Part shown: positions 29,190-38,637 of the stretch, piece by piece
Numbering within the stretch: position 1 is the stretch's first letter
Layout: each line of letters starts with the position of its first letter
Assembly: GCA_012270675.1 (NCBI GenBank)
Contig: JAAXHW010000060.1
Location: 19,973-83,972, forward strand
Length of the DNA stretch: 64,000 nucleotides
DNA from: Candidatus Latescibacterota bacterium
GTDB lineage: Bacteria; Latescibacterota; UBA2968; GCA-2709665
Direction: 5' to 3'
Program-made: the position numbers and the translations under genes
The notes under the pieces: model-generated
Told to the model about the DNA's origin: nothing
Database searches by the model: none
The model's input: only the letters and a program-made list of their open reading frames with translations

Positions 29190-30002
29190 CTATTGGAGAT
29201 ACTGCCCCGACACGTCATCCATCGCCTGAAGTTCCTCAAGGCGCTGTTTCACCTGCTGATTGCCCGGGTCGCGCTTTAAGACCCGTTCCAGAACCTCAAG
29301 GGCCTGCCGGATCAGCCCCTGCGTCGCATAAAGTTCAGCCAATGTAGAGGTCGCAATAGCACCCGTGTCCTCCAGTGCGCGGCCTCCGGACACCGCCGGC
29401 GCGCCAGACGCCGAATCCCGGTTGCCGCCAACCTCCCGGACCAGGGCGTCCAGGTCCCCATCCCACACCGCATCGAACCCGGCTTCCGCACCTGCCCCCG
29501 CACCCGATTCCGGCGCCTGTTCAAGGACGGCCGATGCCTCCAGCTGCGGCATCGCATCCCGCAGCGCCTCTTCCTCATCCGGGAAGGCATCCGGGGCCTG
29601 TTCCGGCGCAGGATGAAAGGACTCGATCTTTGCCAGAAGGTCCCGGTTGAAGGGGTCCAGGGTATGGGCCCATTCAAGATGCCGACGGGCCAGCGCCTCC
29701 CACCCCACCTCAAGGTCGATTTGCCCAAGGTGCCAGAATGCCGCCAGATTGTCCTGATCCAGCTGAAGCACCCTGTGAAACGCCTGACGGGCCTCTTCAA
29801 GCCGCCCCGCGGCGATGTGGCACTTCCCCATCACCAGATGGCCGGTCACATAGGAAGGCCGGTACCTGAGGCCCCGACGGCAGATCTCCGACGCCCGCTT
29901 CACATCGCCCTGACGGAGAACCCCATCGGCCAGGCGCGCAAAAAGCACAGAGGTCGGATTCCTGGCACAGATCTCTTCAAGCTTCCCATGGGATACCGGC
30001 AT
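29190..30002 (-). CDS. TPR repeat protein with an acidic/Ala-Gly-rich linker
   Basis: TPR-like helices (AGRLEEARQAFHRVLQLDQDN; GLIRQALEVLERVLKRDPGN). Start taken at MPVSHGK (ATG 30002) after GGAGG. The upstream part of the ORF runs through a repeat element. Confidence 0.65.
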   Translation of the reverse strand: MPVSHGKLEEICARNPTSVLFARLADGVLRQGDVKRASEICRRGLRYRPSYVTGHLVMGKCHIAAGRLEEARQAFHRVLQLDQDNLAAFWHLGQIDLEVGWEALARRHLEWAHTLDPFNRDLLAKIESFHPAPEQAPDAFPDEEEALRDAMPQLEASAVLEQAPESGAGAGAEAGFDAVWDGDLDALVREVGGNRDSASGAPAVSGGRALEDTGAIATSTLAELYATQGLIRQALEVLERVLKRDPGNQQVKQRLEELQAMDDVSGQYLQ

Positions 30003-30032
30003 AGGGCCTCCACGACTGACAGAACCGGACGA

Positions 30033-30061
30033 AGTATAGAGAAAAGCCCCCCGCTTGTCAA
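30033..30061 (-). promoter_or_regulatory. promoter candidate TTGACA-17-TATACT for the TPR-efp-accBC array
   Basis: On the minus strand, TTGACA (30056-30061), a 17-nt spacer, then TATACT (30033-30038). Confidence 0.45.
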
Positions 30062-30082
30062 TGACAAACTCACACCGCCTTC

Positions 30083-30122
30083 GCTGCGGGGGGGATGGGG
30101 CTTTTCCGCGCGGTTCCGTCCA
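30083..30122 (+). repeat. GC-rich dispersed repeat GCTGCGGGGGGGATGGGGCTTTTCCGCGCGGTTCCGTCCA
   Basis: About 38 nt shared with 38461-38499. There is a 26-nt partial copy at 5189-5214 and a degenerate copy at 1789-1817. Confidence 0.75.
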
Positions 30123-30262
30123 GCCCCTTCCTCCCCGGGAATTGCCTTGTCTGAAAGTGGGAGATATGCTATATTTTTTTGCGTCCTGAACGGAATGGTC
30201 GGACATGGTCTGCGACCGTGCGCCGCTCCGGGTCAAACCGCGAACAATCAAACGATGGATAA

Positions 30263-31348
30263 GTGAGCATGAAAATGGATTATACAAAACTGGCGGAGAC
30301 AGCCCTGGAAGGCCGACTTTTAACGCCAGAAGAGATGCATGCGGTCCTCACCGCGCCCGACCACGACCTCCTCCCCATGCTCCAGGCTGCCTTTCAGGTC
30401 CGCGAACATTACTTCGGGCGCCGGGTGCACCTCCACGTCCTCATCAACGCCAAAAGCGGCCTCTGCCCCGAAGACTGCGCCTACTGCTCCCAGTCTGCCG
30501 TCTCCAGCGCCGCGATCCACAAATATCCCCTCCTGCCCAGAGAGCAGATCGTGGATGGCGCCGTTGCGGCCAAAGCGGGCGGGGCTTTCCGCTACTGCAT
30601 TGTCACCAGCGGACGGGCCCCCACCGACCGGGAAGTGGAAACCGTTGCCGAGGTTGTCCGGGAAATCAAGCAAACCGTTGACATCGACATCTGCTGCTGC
30701 ATGGGGCTCCTGAACGAAGAGAAGGCGAAAATCCTGAAAGCGGCCGGCGTGGGGCGGATCAACCACAACCTGAACACCAGCCAGCGTCACCATCCGGAAA
30801 TCTGCAGCACGCATACCTACGATAATCGCGTGGAAACCGTCCGGAACGTCCAGCAGACAGGGCTCTCCACCTGCTGCGGCGGCATCATCGGCATGGGCGA
30901 AAAAGCGCAGGACGTGATCGATCTCGCCCTGGCCCTGCGGGAACTGGGCGTCGACTCCATCCCGGTCAACTTTCTCCACCCCATCCACGGCACGCCGCTG
31001 GAGGGCAGGGACGACCTGCACCCCCGGTATTGCCTCAAAGTGCTCTGCCTGTTCCGCTTCCTCAATCCAGACAGGGAGATCCGCGTGGCCGGCGGACGGG
31101 AACGCAACCTCCGGTCTCTCCAGCCCCTCGCCCTCTACCCGGCCAACTCCATCTTTATGGAGGGCTACCTCACCACCGGTGGACAGGGCGTCTCCGAGAC
31201 CCACCGCATGATCGAGGACCTGGGATTCGAAATCGAAGCATACGGTGAATCCGCAGAGGCACGGCACGCCGCTCCCCTGCGGCAGGCCCTTATGGTGGAT
31301 ATGGATAACCCATGTGGACCTACGACAAACCCTACGACGTCATTGTAA
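30263..31348 (+). CDS. bioB: biotin synthase
   Basis: The radical-SAM motif [11 protein letters not shown], plus YCIVTSGR and [11 protein letters not shown]. Start is GTG 30263 or ATG 30269. The 3' end overlaps mnmG by 37 nt. Confidence 0.92.
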   Translation: MSMKMDYTKLAETALEGRLLTPEEMHAVLTAPDHDLLPMLQAAFQVREHYFGRRVHLHVLINAKSGLCPEDCAYCSQSAVSSAAIHKYPLLPREQIVDGAVAAKAGGAFRYCIVTSGRAPTDREVETVAEVVREIKQTVDIDICCCMGLLNEEKAKILKAAGVGRINHNLNTSQRHHPEICSTHTYDNRVETVRNVQQTGLSTCCGGIIGMGEKAQDVIDLALALRELGVDSIPVNFLHPIHGTPLEGRDDLHPRYCLKVLCLFRFLNPDREIRVAGGRERNLRSLQPLALYPANSIFMEGYLTTGGQGVSETHRMIEDLGFEIEAYGESAEARHAAPLRQALMVDMDNPCGPTTNPTTSL

Positions 31349-33204
31349 TCGGTGCCGGACACGCAGGTGCCGAGGCGGCCCTGGCCAGTGCGCGGATGGG
31401 GTGTGAAACCCTTCTGCTTACGATGAACCTGGACACCGTCGCCCAGATGTCCTGTAACCCGGCCGTTGGAGGTATCGCCAAAGGCCACATGGTACGCGAG
31501 ATTGACGCCCTGGGCGGAGAGATGGCCCTCAACATCGATGCAGCCGGGCTCCAGTTCCGGATGCTCAACAGGCGCAAAGGCCCGGCCGTGCAGGCACCCC
31601 GGGCGCAGGCCGACAAGAAGGCCTATCAGTTCCGCATGAAACAGGTGGTGGAAAAACAGCCCGGGCTGGACCTGAAACAGGGAACACTTGAAGAACTGCT
31701 CGTAGACGGCGGCCGGGTGCGGGGCATCATCACCAGGTCCAAAACCGTCTTCCTCGGAAAAACCGTCGTGATGACCACGGGCACCTTCCTGAAAGGTCTC
31801 ATCCACATCGGTGATTTTTCCTACAGCGCCGGACGGGCCGGAGAGCAGTCGGCCGAGCGGGCCTCCGAAGGGCTTTTGCGCCTCGGCTTTGAACTGGGCC
31901 GGCTCAAAACGGGCACCCCCCCCCGGGTGAACGCCCGCAGCATCGGCTACGGCGCCACCCAGGTCCAGCCGGGCGACGAACACCCCCGGCCCTTCTCATA
32001 CCACACCGCAAAAATCACGCAGGAGCAGATCCCCTGTCACCTGACACACACCACCCCGGTGACCCACGACATCATCCGGCAGAACCTGAGCCGGTCTGCC
32101 ATGTACAGCGGCCGCATCCAGTCTGTGGGCCCCCGCTACTGTCCATCCGTAGAGGATAAAATCGTCAAATTTCCCGAAAAGGAGCAGCATCAGGTCTTCC
32201 TGGAACCCGAGGGCTACAACACCCTCGAAGTCTACCTCAACGGCCTGTCCATGAGCCTGCCTGAAGAGGTCCAGATTGAAGTGGTGCGCAGCATCCCGGG
32301 GCTGGAAAAAGCCCAGGTGATGCGCCCGGCCTACGCGGTAGAGTACGACTATGTGCCCCCCACGCAGATCCTGCCCACCCTGGAGACCAAGCCCATCCGG
32401 GGCCTCTTTTTCGCCGGCCAGATCAACGGCACCACCGGATACGAAGAGGCTGCTGCGCAGGGGATTATGGCCGGTATCAACGCCGCTTTGCAGGTCAAAG
32501 GCGAACACGCCCTCCTCCTTGACCGGTCCCAGGCTTACATCGGCGTGCTCATCGACGACCTGGTCACCAAGGGCACGGACGAACCCTACCGGATGTTCAC
32601 CTCCTTAGCCGAATACCGCCTGCTTTTAAGGCAGGACAACGCCGACCTCCGGCTGACCGAACTGGGGCGCAGGGTCGGTCTCGTCCCGGACGGTCTCTAT
32701 GCCCGCTTCAAGGCCCGCAAAGCGGCGGTTGAAGCGGAACGCCGCCGCCTGCAACAGGTGAAAATCACCCCCTCGGAGCACGTTCAGGAACACCTCCGAC
32801 AGGCGGACTCGTCGGCATTGAACAAACCCATGCCCTTAGCCGACCTCCTCCGGCGGCCGGAACTCGACTACCGATTCGTGGAGGCCGTCGCCCCCCCGCC
32901 GCAGGACGTGCCGGAAGACGTGCGGGAATCGGTAGAAATCGAAATGAAATATGAAGGCTACATCCAGCGGCAGAAAGCCCAGGTCGCCCGCTTCCGGGAT
33001 GTGGAAAAAAAAGCAATCCCGGAAGATATCGACTACACAACGCTGCCGGTCATCTCCCGGGAAGCCGCCGAAAAACTCCGCAGGGTGCGCCCCCGGTCCC
33101 TGGGCCAAGCATCGCGCATCCCGGGGGTCTCCCCTGCCGACATCTCGGCCCTGATGGTCGTCTTGAAAGCGCGTCAGGGCGCCAGAGGCGCTGCATGGCA
33201 CTGA
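31312..33204 (+). CDS. mnmG: tRNA uridine 5-carboxymethylaminomethyl modification enzyme MnmG (GidA)
   Basis: [23 protein letters not shown]...[22 protein letters not shown]. 630 aa. Confidence 0.96.
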   Translation: MWTYDKPYDVIVIGAGHAGAEAALASARMGCETLLLTMNLDTVAQMSCNPAVGGIAKGHMVREIDALGGEMALNIDAAGLQFRMLNRRKGPAVQAPRAQADKKAYQFRMKQVVEKQPGLDLKQGTLEELLVDGGRVRGIITRSKTVFLGKTVVMTTGTFLKGLIHIGDFSYSAGRAGEQSAERASEGLLRLGFELGRLKTGTPPRVNARSIGYGATQVQPGDEHPRPFSYHTAKITQEQIPCHLTHTTPVTHDIIRQNLSRSAMYSGRIQSVGPRYCPSVEDKIVKFPEKEQHQVFLEPEGYNTLEVYLNGLSMSLPEEVQIEVVRSIPGLEKAQVMRPAYAVEYDYVPPTQILPTLETKPIRGLFFAGQINGTTGYEEAAAQGIMAGINAALQVKGEHALLLDRSQAYIGVLIDDLVTKGTDEPYRMFTSLAEYRLLLRQDNADLRLTELGRRVGLVPDGLYARFKARKAAVEAERRRLQQVKITPSEHVQEHLRQADSSALNKPMPLADLLRRPELDYRFVEAVAPPPQDVPEDVRESVEIEMKYEGYIQRQKAQVARFRDVEKKAIPEDIDYTTLPVISREAAEKLRRVRPRSLGQASRIPGVSPADISALMVVLKARQGARGAAWH

Positions 33205-33284
33205 ACGCGTCCCGGATCCGTGCGTCCCTGTACATCCATTTGCGTCTCCTGCCGAATTTGCTTATTATTCGTCCATAACCCACC

Positions 33285-33758
33285 ATGTCCGACAGCATCA
33301 AAATCATTGTCCAGAACCGCAAGGCCCGCCGCGACTACAAAGTCCTGGACACCTACGAAGCCGGCCTTGAACTGCGGGGCACCGAGGTCAAATCCCTGCG
33401 TCAGGGCAGGGGCAACCTCAAAGACAGCTATGCCCGGATAGAAGCGAACGAAGCCTTTTTGCACAATCTTCACATCAGCGAATACACCCAGGGCAATCGG
33501 TTCAACCACGACCCCGTCCGAAAACGCAAGCTCCTGCTTCATCGGTACGAAATCAACCGCTTGAGAGGGCATGTGGAGAAAAAAGGGCTCACCCTGATCC
33601 CCCTCCGGCTCTACTTCAAACGGGGCAAGGCCAAGGTCGAACTCGCCCTGGCACAGGGCAAACGGGAATACGACCGGCGGCACGACATTGCAGCGCGCGA
33701 TGCCAAACGAGAAATCGAAAGGGCCCTTAAGGAGAGAACGCTCACCCACCGGAGGTAA
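33285..33758 (+). CDS. smpB: SsrA-binding protein
   Basis: [30 protein letters not shown]. 157 aa. Confidence 0.95.
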   Translation: MSDSIKIIVQNRKARRDYKVLDTYEAGLELRGTEVKSLRQGRGNLKDSYARIEANEAFLHNLHISEYTQGNRFNHDPVRKRKLLLHRYEINRLRGHVEKKGLTLIPLRLYFKRGKAKVELALAQGKREYDRRHDIAARDAKREIERALKERTLTHRR

Positions 33759-33774
33759 ATGACAGAACGAGATT

Positions 33775-34674
33775 ATGAACAACAGCTCTCAACAGCCAGG
33801 CAGGTCCTCTCCTTCCCGGATCGATCTCCATCCCCGCGATCCCGGCTACTACTACGATCCCCATGTCGAAGCCGGGCTACACGGGAAAATCAAGCTTTCA
33901 CCTCGTGTTGAACACCACTGCAAATGTGGCGGGAAAACGCCTTATCAGATTTTCGAAAATCCCGACGTCGAACCGGTCTGGTGCCCCTGCCGGTCCTATC
34001 AGACAAAGATCCGGCAGATCAATCGCTTCATTGTCGAATCGGGTATTCCGGCGCCGTTCCGATACAAATTCATAGACGATTTTCACGAAAGCTACGACGG
34101 GAAGCCGATCCCCGGGGCGGATCAACTGAAACAGCATCTCAGGACCCTGACGGAAAAAGCCCGTAGCCGGGAAGCGTCCTCCCAACCCAATGCTTCTACG
34201 GATTCGGTTCCGCCCCTCAGAGGATATTTTCTATGGGGCAAACCCGGCGCCGGTAAAACCTATTTCTCTTATATCGCCCTTAACGAACTGATCTTCTATT
34301 CCGTCCGACCCGGAAAGTTCATCAGCCTTTCCAAGGAATTTTTCCAGACGCTCAGATTCGCTATCGAAGAAAAAAGTCCTTTGCACGGTCAGTCGGAGAC
34401 ATATATAAACATCCTTTGCAAAGTCCCCTTCCTGGTGATCGACGATTTCGGCGTACAGCGCAACACGGAGTGGGAACTCGAGATGCTCTATAACCTGGTG
34501 GACACGCGCTACGCCAACCGGCGTTTTACGATGATTACAACCAACCAGGATATCGAAAGCATAAAGGATCTTGCAGACGGCAGGCTTTACTCCCGATTCC
34601 TGGAAATGTGCTACACCATCCACATCCAGGCCCCGGACTACCGGGAGCACTTTAAAAAAGAATACGAAATCTGA
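33775..34674 (+). CDS. DnaC/DnaI/IstB-like AAA+ ATPase with an N-terminal Cys-rich (zinc-ribbon-like) region
   Basis: Walker A GKPGAGKTY, Walker B FLVIDDFG, sensor ITTN and an SRF arginine. HHCKCGG...WCPCRSY lies upstream of these. The gene is visibly lower in GC than its neighbours. Confidence 0.75.
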   Translation: MNNSSQQPGRSSPSRIDLHPRDPGYYYDPHVEAGLHGKIKLSPRVEHHCKCGGKTPYQIFENPDVEPVWCPCRSYQTKIRQINRFIVESGIPAPFRYKFIDDFHESYDGKPIPGADQLKQHLRTLTEKARSREASSQPNASTDSVPPLRGYFLWGKPGAGKTYFSYIALNELIFYSVRPGKFISLSKEFFQTLRFAIEEKSPLHGQSETYINILCKVPFLVIDDFGVQRNTEWELEMLYNLVDTRYANRRFTMITTNQDIESIKDLADGRLYSRFLEMCYTIHIQAPDYREHFKKEYEI

Positions 34675-34683
34675 TACTCGCTC

Positions 34684-34714
34684 GGGAACTCACCGGGAAT
34701 TTTAAAACAGCTTC
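34684..34714 (-). repeat. 30-nt element, copy C (orphan: no gene ends next to it)
   Basis: Plus strand GGGAACTCACCGGGAATTTTAAAACAGCTTC, between the DnaC-like gene and rph. It is identical to copy D over 31 nt. Confidence 0.8.
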
Positions 34715-34726
34715 CAGGGAAAACCA

Positions 34727-35443
34727 ATGATCCTGCGCCCCGATGGCCGACGGTCGGATGAACTCCGCCCCACCAGAATCACCCGGGGCTTTATGAAACA
34801 CGCCGAAGGATCGGCCCTCATCGAAATGGGGGAAACCAGGGTCATCTGCACGGCCAGCGTTGAAAACCGCGTCCCCCCCTTCCTGGTGGGCAAACGCACC
34901 GGATGGCTCACCGCCGAATACGCCATGCTCCCCCGCTCCACCCAGACGCGCAGCCAGCGGGAGACCCGGGGCACCAGAGGCCGCACCCAGGAGATTCAGC
35001 GTCTCATCGGCCGCACCCTCCGCGCTGTCGTCGACCTCGACAAACTGGGTGTACGCACCCTCTGGATCGACTGCGACGTCATCCAGGCCGATGGCGGCAC
35101 CCGCACCGCCGCCATCTCCGGGGCCTACGTCGCCGTTGCCGACGCGCTCGCCCATCTGCTCAAACGGAAACAGATCGGTGAAAACCTGCTGCGTGACTCC
35201 GTGGCCGCCGTCAGCGTCGGCATCGTCCACAGCCAGCCCGTGCTCGACCTCTGCTACGCGGAGGACGCCTCTGCCGAAGTCGACATGAACGTCGTCATGA
35301 CCGGCTCCGGCAAATTCCTCGAACTGCAGGGCACCGCCGAAGGCCAGCCCTTCAGCCGGAAACAGATGGACGCCATGCTCGTCCTGGCCAGAGCGGGCAT
35401 CCAGCAGATCAGAGCGATTCAGGACGATGTCCTTGAAAAATGA
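34727..35443 (+). CDS. rph: ribonuclease PH
   Basis: [12 protein letters not shown]...[17 protein letters not shown]...[15 protein letters not shown]. Confidence 0.96.
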   Translation: MILRPDGRRSDELRPTRITRGFMKHAEGSALIEMGETRVICTASVENRVPPFLVGKRTGWLTAEYAMLPRSTQTRSQRETRGTRGRTQEIQRLIGRTLRAVVDLDKLGVRTLWIDCDVIQADGGTRTAAISGAYVAVADALAHLLKRKQIGENLLRDSVAAVSVGIVHSQPVLDLCYAEDASAEVDMNVVMTGSGKFLELQGTAEGQPFSRKQMDAMLVLARAGIQQIRAIQDDVLEK

Positions 35444-36039
35444 ACCCCCTCATCATCGCCACCCGCAACCCCGGTAAACTCGAAGAGATCCGCCTTCTCC
35501 TCGGCCCGGAAATCCGGCTCCGTTCCCTTGCAGACTTCGCAGACCTCCCCGAGATCGTCGAAGACGGGGACACCTTTGAGGCCAACGCGGTCAAAAAGGC
35601 CTGCGCCGTCGCTCGCCATACCGGTTGTCCTGCCCTGGCCGATGATTCCGGCCTGGAGGTGGACGCGCTCGGCGGCGCCCCCGGCGTCCACTCCGCCCGT
35701 TTTGCGGGCGAAAACGCAACCGACGCACAGAACAACGCCAAACTCCTCCACCTGCTCGGTGAAACCCCGGAAGAAAAACGGACCGCACGCTTCCGGTGTG
35801 TTATTGGCATCACAACACCAGACGGCGCGGTCCGCACTGCCCGGGGCAGGTGTGAAGGACGAATCCTGAAAAGGCCCAGAGGCCGTGGGGGATTCGGCTA
35901 CGACCCCCTCTTTCTGGTACCGGCCCTCAAGCTTACGTTTGCCGAACTTTCTCCTGGTGAAAAAAACCGGATCAGCCACCGGGGCCGGGCCCTCAAGGCC
36001 GCCAAGCCCCTTATCCTGGACGCCCTGGCCCTCGACTGA
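35440..36039 (+). CDS. rdgB: dITP/XTP pyrophosphatase (non-canonical purine NTP pyrophosphatase)
   Basis: [12 protein letters not shown]...[24 protein letters not shown]...[12 protein letters not shown] overlap with rph. Confidence 0.93.
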   Translation: MNPLIIATRNPGKLEEIRLLLGPEIRLRSLADFADLPEIVEDGDTFEANAVKKACAVARHTGCPALADDSGLEVDALGGAPGVHSARFAGENATDAQNNAKLLHLLGETPEEKRTARFRCVIGITTPDGAVRTARGRCEGRILKRPRGRGGFGYDPLFLVPALKLTFAELSPGEKNRISHRGRALKAAKPLILDALALD

Positions 36040-36054
36040 TTGTCGCCTGCATCC

Positions 36055-36249
36055 CTACTCTTTGCGCATCCGGTAGCGTTTGACCCGCCGAACAAAAATC
36101 CAGACCAGCCCCACCACGGCCACGTACTTCAAGACCTCCCAGGTCCATCCGTCCCATCCCAGAATCGTCGGCCACAGCGCAAAAATCGACAGCAGGATAA
36201 ACAGGTCCTCCAGAGCCATCCAGAACCGGGTCCGATCCCCGTTACGCAT
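36055..36249 (-). CDS. small two-helix membrane protein (hypothetical)
   Basis: 64 aa with two hydrophobic helices and a basic tail. The ATG lies about 10 nt after GAGGAGG and 16 nt after the transglycosylase stop. No family recognised with confidence. Confidence 0.45.
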   Translation of the reverse strand: MRNGDRTRFWMALEDLFILLSIFALWPTILGWDGWTWEVLKYVAVVGLVWIFVRRVKRYRMRKE

Positions 36250-36265
36250 ACCCCGAACACCTCCT

Positions 36266-38431
36266 CTAACGCAAAAGGCCCTTTTCCTGCGGCCGGTCCT
36301 CCCCCTGCAGGTAGGAATAGACCTGATAGTTCCTGTAGACCAGCTTCACGTAGTTCCGCGTCTCCCGGTAGGGAATGCTCTCCACAAACTCATCCACATC
36401 CTCCCTCGGCAATCTTTTGGACCAGCGCCGGGCCGCCTTCAACCCGGCGTTGTAGGCCGAAAGCGCCAGCCCCAGCTGCCGGTCCTTGCTCCGGTCGAAA
36501 TACCGGAGGTGGTCCGACAGGTGGCGCCCCCCCAGGCGGATCGACGTCCGGGGCTCCCACAGGTCGGCGGTGGAGAACCCCGCCATGCGGACCTTGCGCG
36601 CCATCCTCCGCCCTGTCGCAGGCATCACCTGCATCAGCCCCCGGGCGCCTGCCGAAGACAGGGCCGCCTCATTAAACGCGCTCTCCTGCCGGATAATAGC
36701 CAGAATCAGGTTGGGGTCCAGATCGACCTCCCGGGCCGTCCGGCTGATCTCTCCCCAGTAGTAGGTCGGATACAGCCGCCGGAACGAAGCCAGCGTGATC
36801 CGAATCCCCTGCCGCTGTTCCACACCGACCATCCAATTGGAGACCCGCAACGCCTGATACGTCGCACCAATCCGTTCGTAGCGCTGCAGCAGATCGCCCA
36901 GGGCAAACAGGTTGTCTCGATGCGCCCGACCGGCGCGCACATACTCCCGTTCGGCCAGCCTGTAGAGTCCCAGCGATGCCAGCAGGTCCCCTTTCAAAAG
37001 GTAAACCGACGGTTCATACGCCTCCTCTGCAACCGCAGCGTCCACCTCCGGGACCGCCGGGAAGACCTCGGACGTTACGCCCAGCACGGCGCGGGCGCGG
37101 GCGGAATAGTAAGACATGGGAAACCCCTGGGCCGCCCGCTGCATCCAGAAGGCGCCCTCCTCCTCCTGGCCGGACCGCTGGTAACACTTTCCCGCCCAGT
37201 AAAAGCCCTGATCGCGCAGGTAGGCTTTGGAAGTCGTCTTGGCCAGGCGCAAAAAGGTGCGCCCCCCCTCCTCGTAGTCCCCGATCTTGTAAAGCGCAAA
37301 CCCGGCCCGCCACCGCGCTTTACCCGCAAACTCGCTCCCGGGATAACGGGCCGCCAGCTTCAAAAAAATCTCCCGGGCCTGCCGGTACCTGCCCCGCCGC
37401 TCGTTGGCCATAGCCGCATTCCAGAGGGCCCTGGCCGCTCCGGTCACAGACGGGTAGTATTGCGCAAACCTCTGAAACCGTTCGGCCGCCTCCAGGTCCC
37501 GCCCCAGACTCACCGAACAACGCCCCAACTCGAACAGGGCCCTGGGCACCCGATAGACCCGATGGGCCTTCTGAAAGGCGCGTTCCGCGGTCCGATAATC
37601 CTTTCGGGTGTAATACATCAGCCCCAGTTCGTACTGCGCCCGCCCGCGCCAGTTCCCATCGGAAGCGTTCCGAATAATCTGCCGGAAGAGCACCGCCGCC
37701 TTCCGGAACTTCCCCGCCTTCGCATAGGCCACCCCGCCGTAAAAACACTCCTGTACAGGCTTCAACGGCTCCATCTGCCTCAGGGCGACAACCGCCTGAC
37801 GGGTCTTCGGATGGTCCCGAACCAGTCGCAATCGGGCCTTTCGGGCCTCTGTTGCGTCCCCTGAAGCCTCCAGCGCCTCCACCAGACCGACCAGGGCCCG
37901 CACCTCCTGCCTGCCGGTCTCAAGCAGATGCCGGTAGAGCGCAACCGCCTCTTTCGCACGGCCCTGCGCCAAGTGCAGGTCCGCCACCCGCAGCACGACC
38001 GAATCCTTCAGCAGCGACGCCATCTGCAAAACCCGCGTGTACGCCGACACCGCCTGGTCAAACTGGCCCAACGCCTCAAAACACTCACCCTGCCAGAAAA
38101 CCAGATAGTCCTCAAGGGTTTCAAATTTCGTCTCCAGGACGCCAAATTCGGCCAGCGCCTCTCCATATTGCCCCAGGAACTTCTGGCACACTGCCCGCTG
38201 GAGTTTTGCCTTCTGCACCTCCGACGTATCCAGCCCCTCTGTTTTCAGCCCCGAAAGCAGCGTCAGGGCCTCCCGGTACTGTCCTTTGGAGATCAGCGCC
38301 TCCGCCCGCCACAGCAGGTCCGGACGTTCGCCCATGGCCAGCCGTCCGGGAGTGCCCAGCAGTGTCCCGATAACCAGCAGCACAACGCCGGATACGATCG
38401 GCCAGTGCCATATTCGCTGTCTTTTTGTCAT
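36266..38431 (-). CDS. soluble lytic murein transglycosylase (Slt70-like) with an N-terminal TPR superhelix
   Basis: C-terminal SLT domain IIRQESAFNEAALSSAGARGLMQVMPATG...AYNAG. The start MTKRQRIWHWPIVSGVVLLVIG gives a signal anchor. The upstream ORF extension runs through repeats. Confidence 0.85.
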   Translation of the reverse strand: MTKRQRIWHWPIVSGVVLLVIGTLLGTPGRLAMGERPDLLWRAEALISKGQYREALTLLSGLKTEGLDTSEVQKAKLQRAVCQKFLGQYGEALAEFGVLETKFETLEDYLVFWQGECFEALGQFDQAVSAYTRVLQMASLLKDSVVLRVADLHLAQGRAKEAVALYRHLLETGRQEVRALVGLVEALEASGDATEARKARLRLVRDHPKTRQAVVALRQMEPLKPVQECFYGGVAYAKAGKFRKAAVLFRQIIRNASDGNWRGRAQYELGLMYYTRKDYRTAERAFQKAHRVYRVPRALFELGRCSVSLGRDLEAAERFQRFAQYYPSVTGAARALWNAAMANERRGRYRQAREIFLKLAARYPGSEFAGKARWRAGFALYKIGDYEEGGRTFLRLAKTTSKAYLRDQGFYWAGKCYQRSGQEEEGAFWMQRAAQGFPMSYYSARARAVLGVTSEVFPAVPEVDAAVAEEAYEPSVYLLKGDLLASLGLYRLAEREYVRAGRAHRDNLFALGDLLQRYERIGATYQALRVSNWMVGVEQRQGIRITLASFRRLYPTYYWGEISRTAREVDLDPNLILAIIRQESAFNEAALSSAGARGLMQVMPATGRRMARKVRMAGFSTADLWEPRTSIRLGGRHLSDHLRYFDRSKDRQLGLALSAYNAGLKAARRWSKRLPREDVDEFVESIPYRETRNYVKLVYRNYQVYSYLQGEDRPQEKGLLR

Positions 38432-38460
38432 CCTGGTCGCCTCTGCGACTCCCCCGGTCT

Positions 38461-38499
38461 GGTGCAGGGGGAAGGGGCTTTTCCGCGCGGTTCCGTCCA
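38461..38499 (+). repeat. second full copy of the GGGGCTTTTCCGCGCGGTTCCGTCC repeat
   Basis: GGTGCAGGGGGAAGGGGCTTTTCCGCGCGGTTCCGTCCA. It lies 30-68 nt upstream of the transglycosylase start on that gene's strand. Confidence 0.75.
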
Positions 38500-38533
38500 T
38501 CACCATCGTCCAGCAACGCCCCAAAGGTCCGCT

Positions 38534-38557
38534 GTAGGGGCGGTTCGCGAACCGCCC
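38534..38557. repeat. second copy of the GTAGGGGCGGTTCGCGAACCGCCC palindromic repeat
   Basis: 24 nt identical to the reverse complement of 12313-12336. Confidence 0.75.
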
Positions 38558-38601
38558 ACTATAAATTATAAGAAAAAACAGGCGCCGGATGCTCGTTTTT
38601 G

Positions 38602-38630
38602 TTGTCCCGAACCCCGGCATCGCCTATAAT
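38602..38630 (+). promoter_or_regulatory. promoter candidate TTGTCC-17-TATAAT placed 7 nt before the ATG (leaderless transcript predicted)
   Basis: TATAAT at 38625-38630. The ATG of the TPR gene is at 38638, and no SD sequence fits between them. Confidence 0.35.
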
Positions 38631-38637
38631 TAAACCC

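Noticed and set aside
33205-33284. A tmRNA (ssrA) gene next to smpB
   Set aside because: The flanking intergenic regions are only 80 and 16 nt, far too short for a tmRNA of about 350 nt. No tRNA-like acceptor/T-arm sequence was seen.
33775-34674. The idea that the IstB-like ATPase marks an IS21-family insertion sequence
   Set aside because: There is no IstA transposase ORF in any frame nearby. I saw no terminal inverted repeats or target duplications. The gene is packed between smpB (16-nt gap) and rph.
36080-37864. 594-aa ORF antisense to the lytic transglycosylase gene
   Set aside because: The product is P/R-rich, with no start context and no motifs. The opposite strand encodes an SLT domain and TPR repeats.
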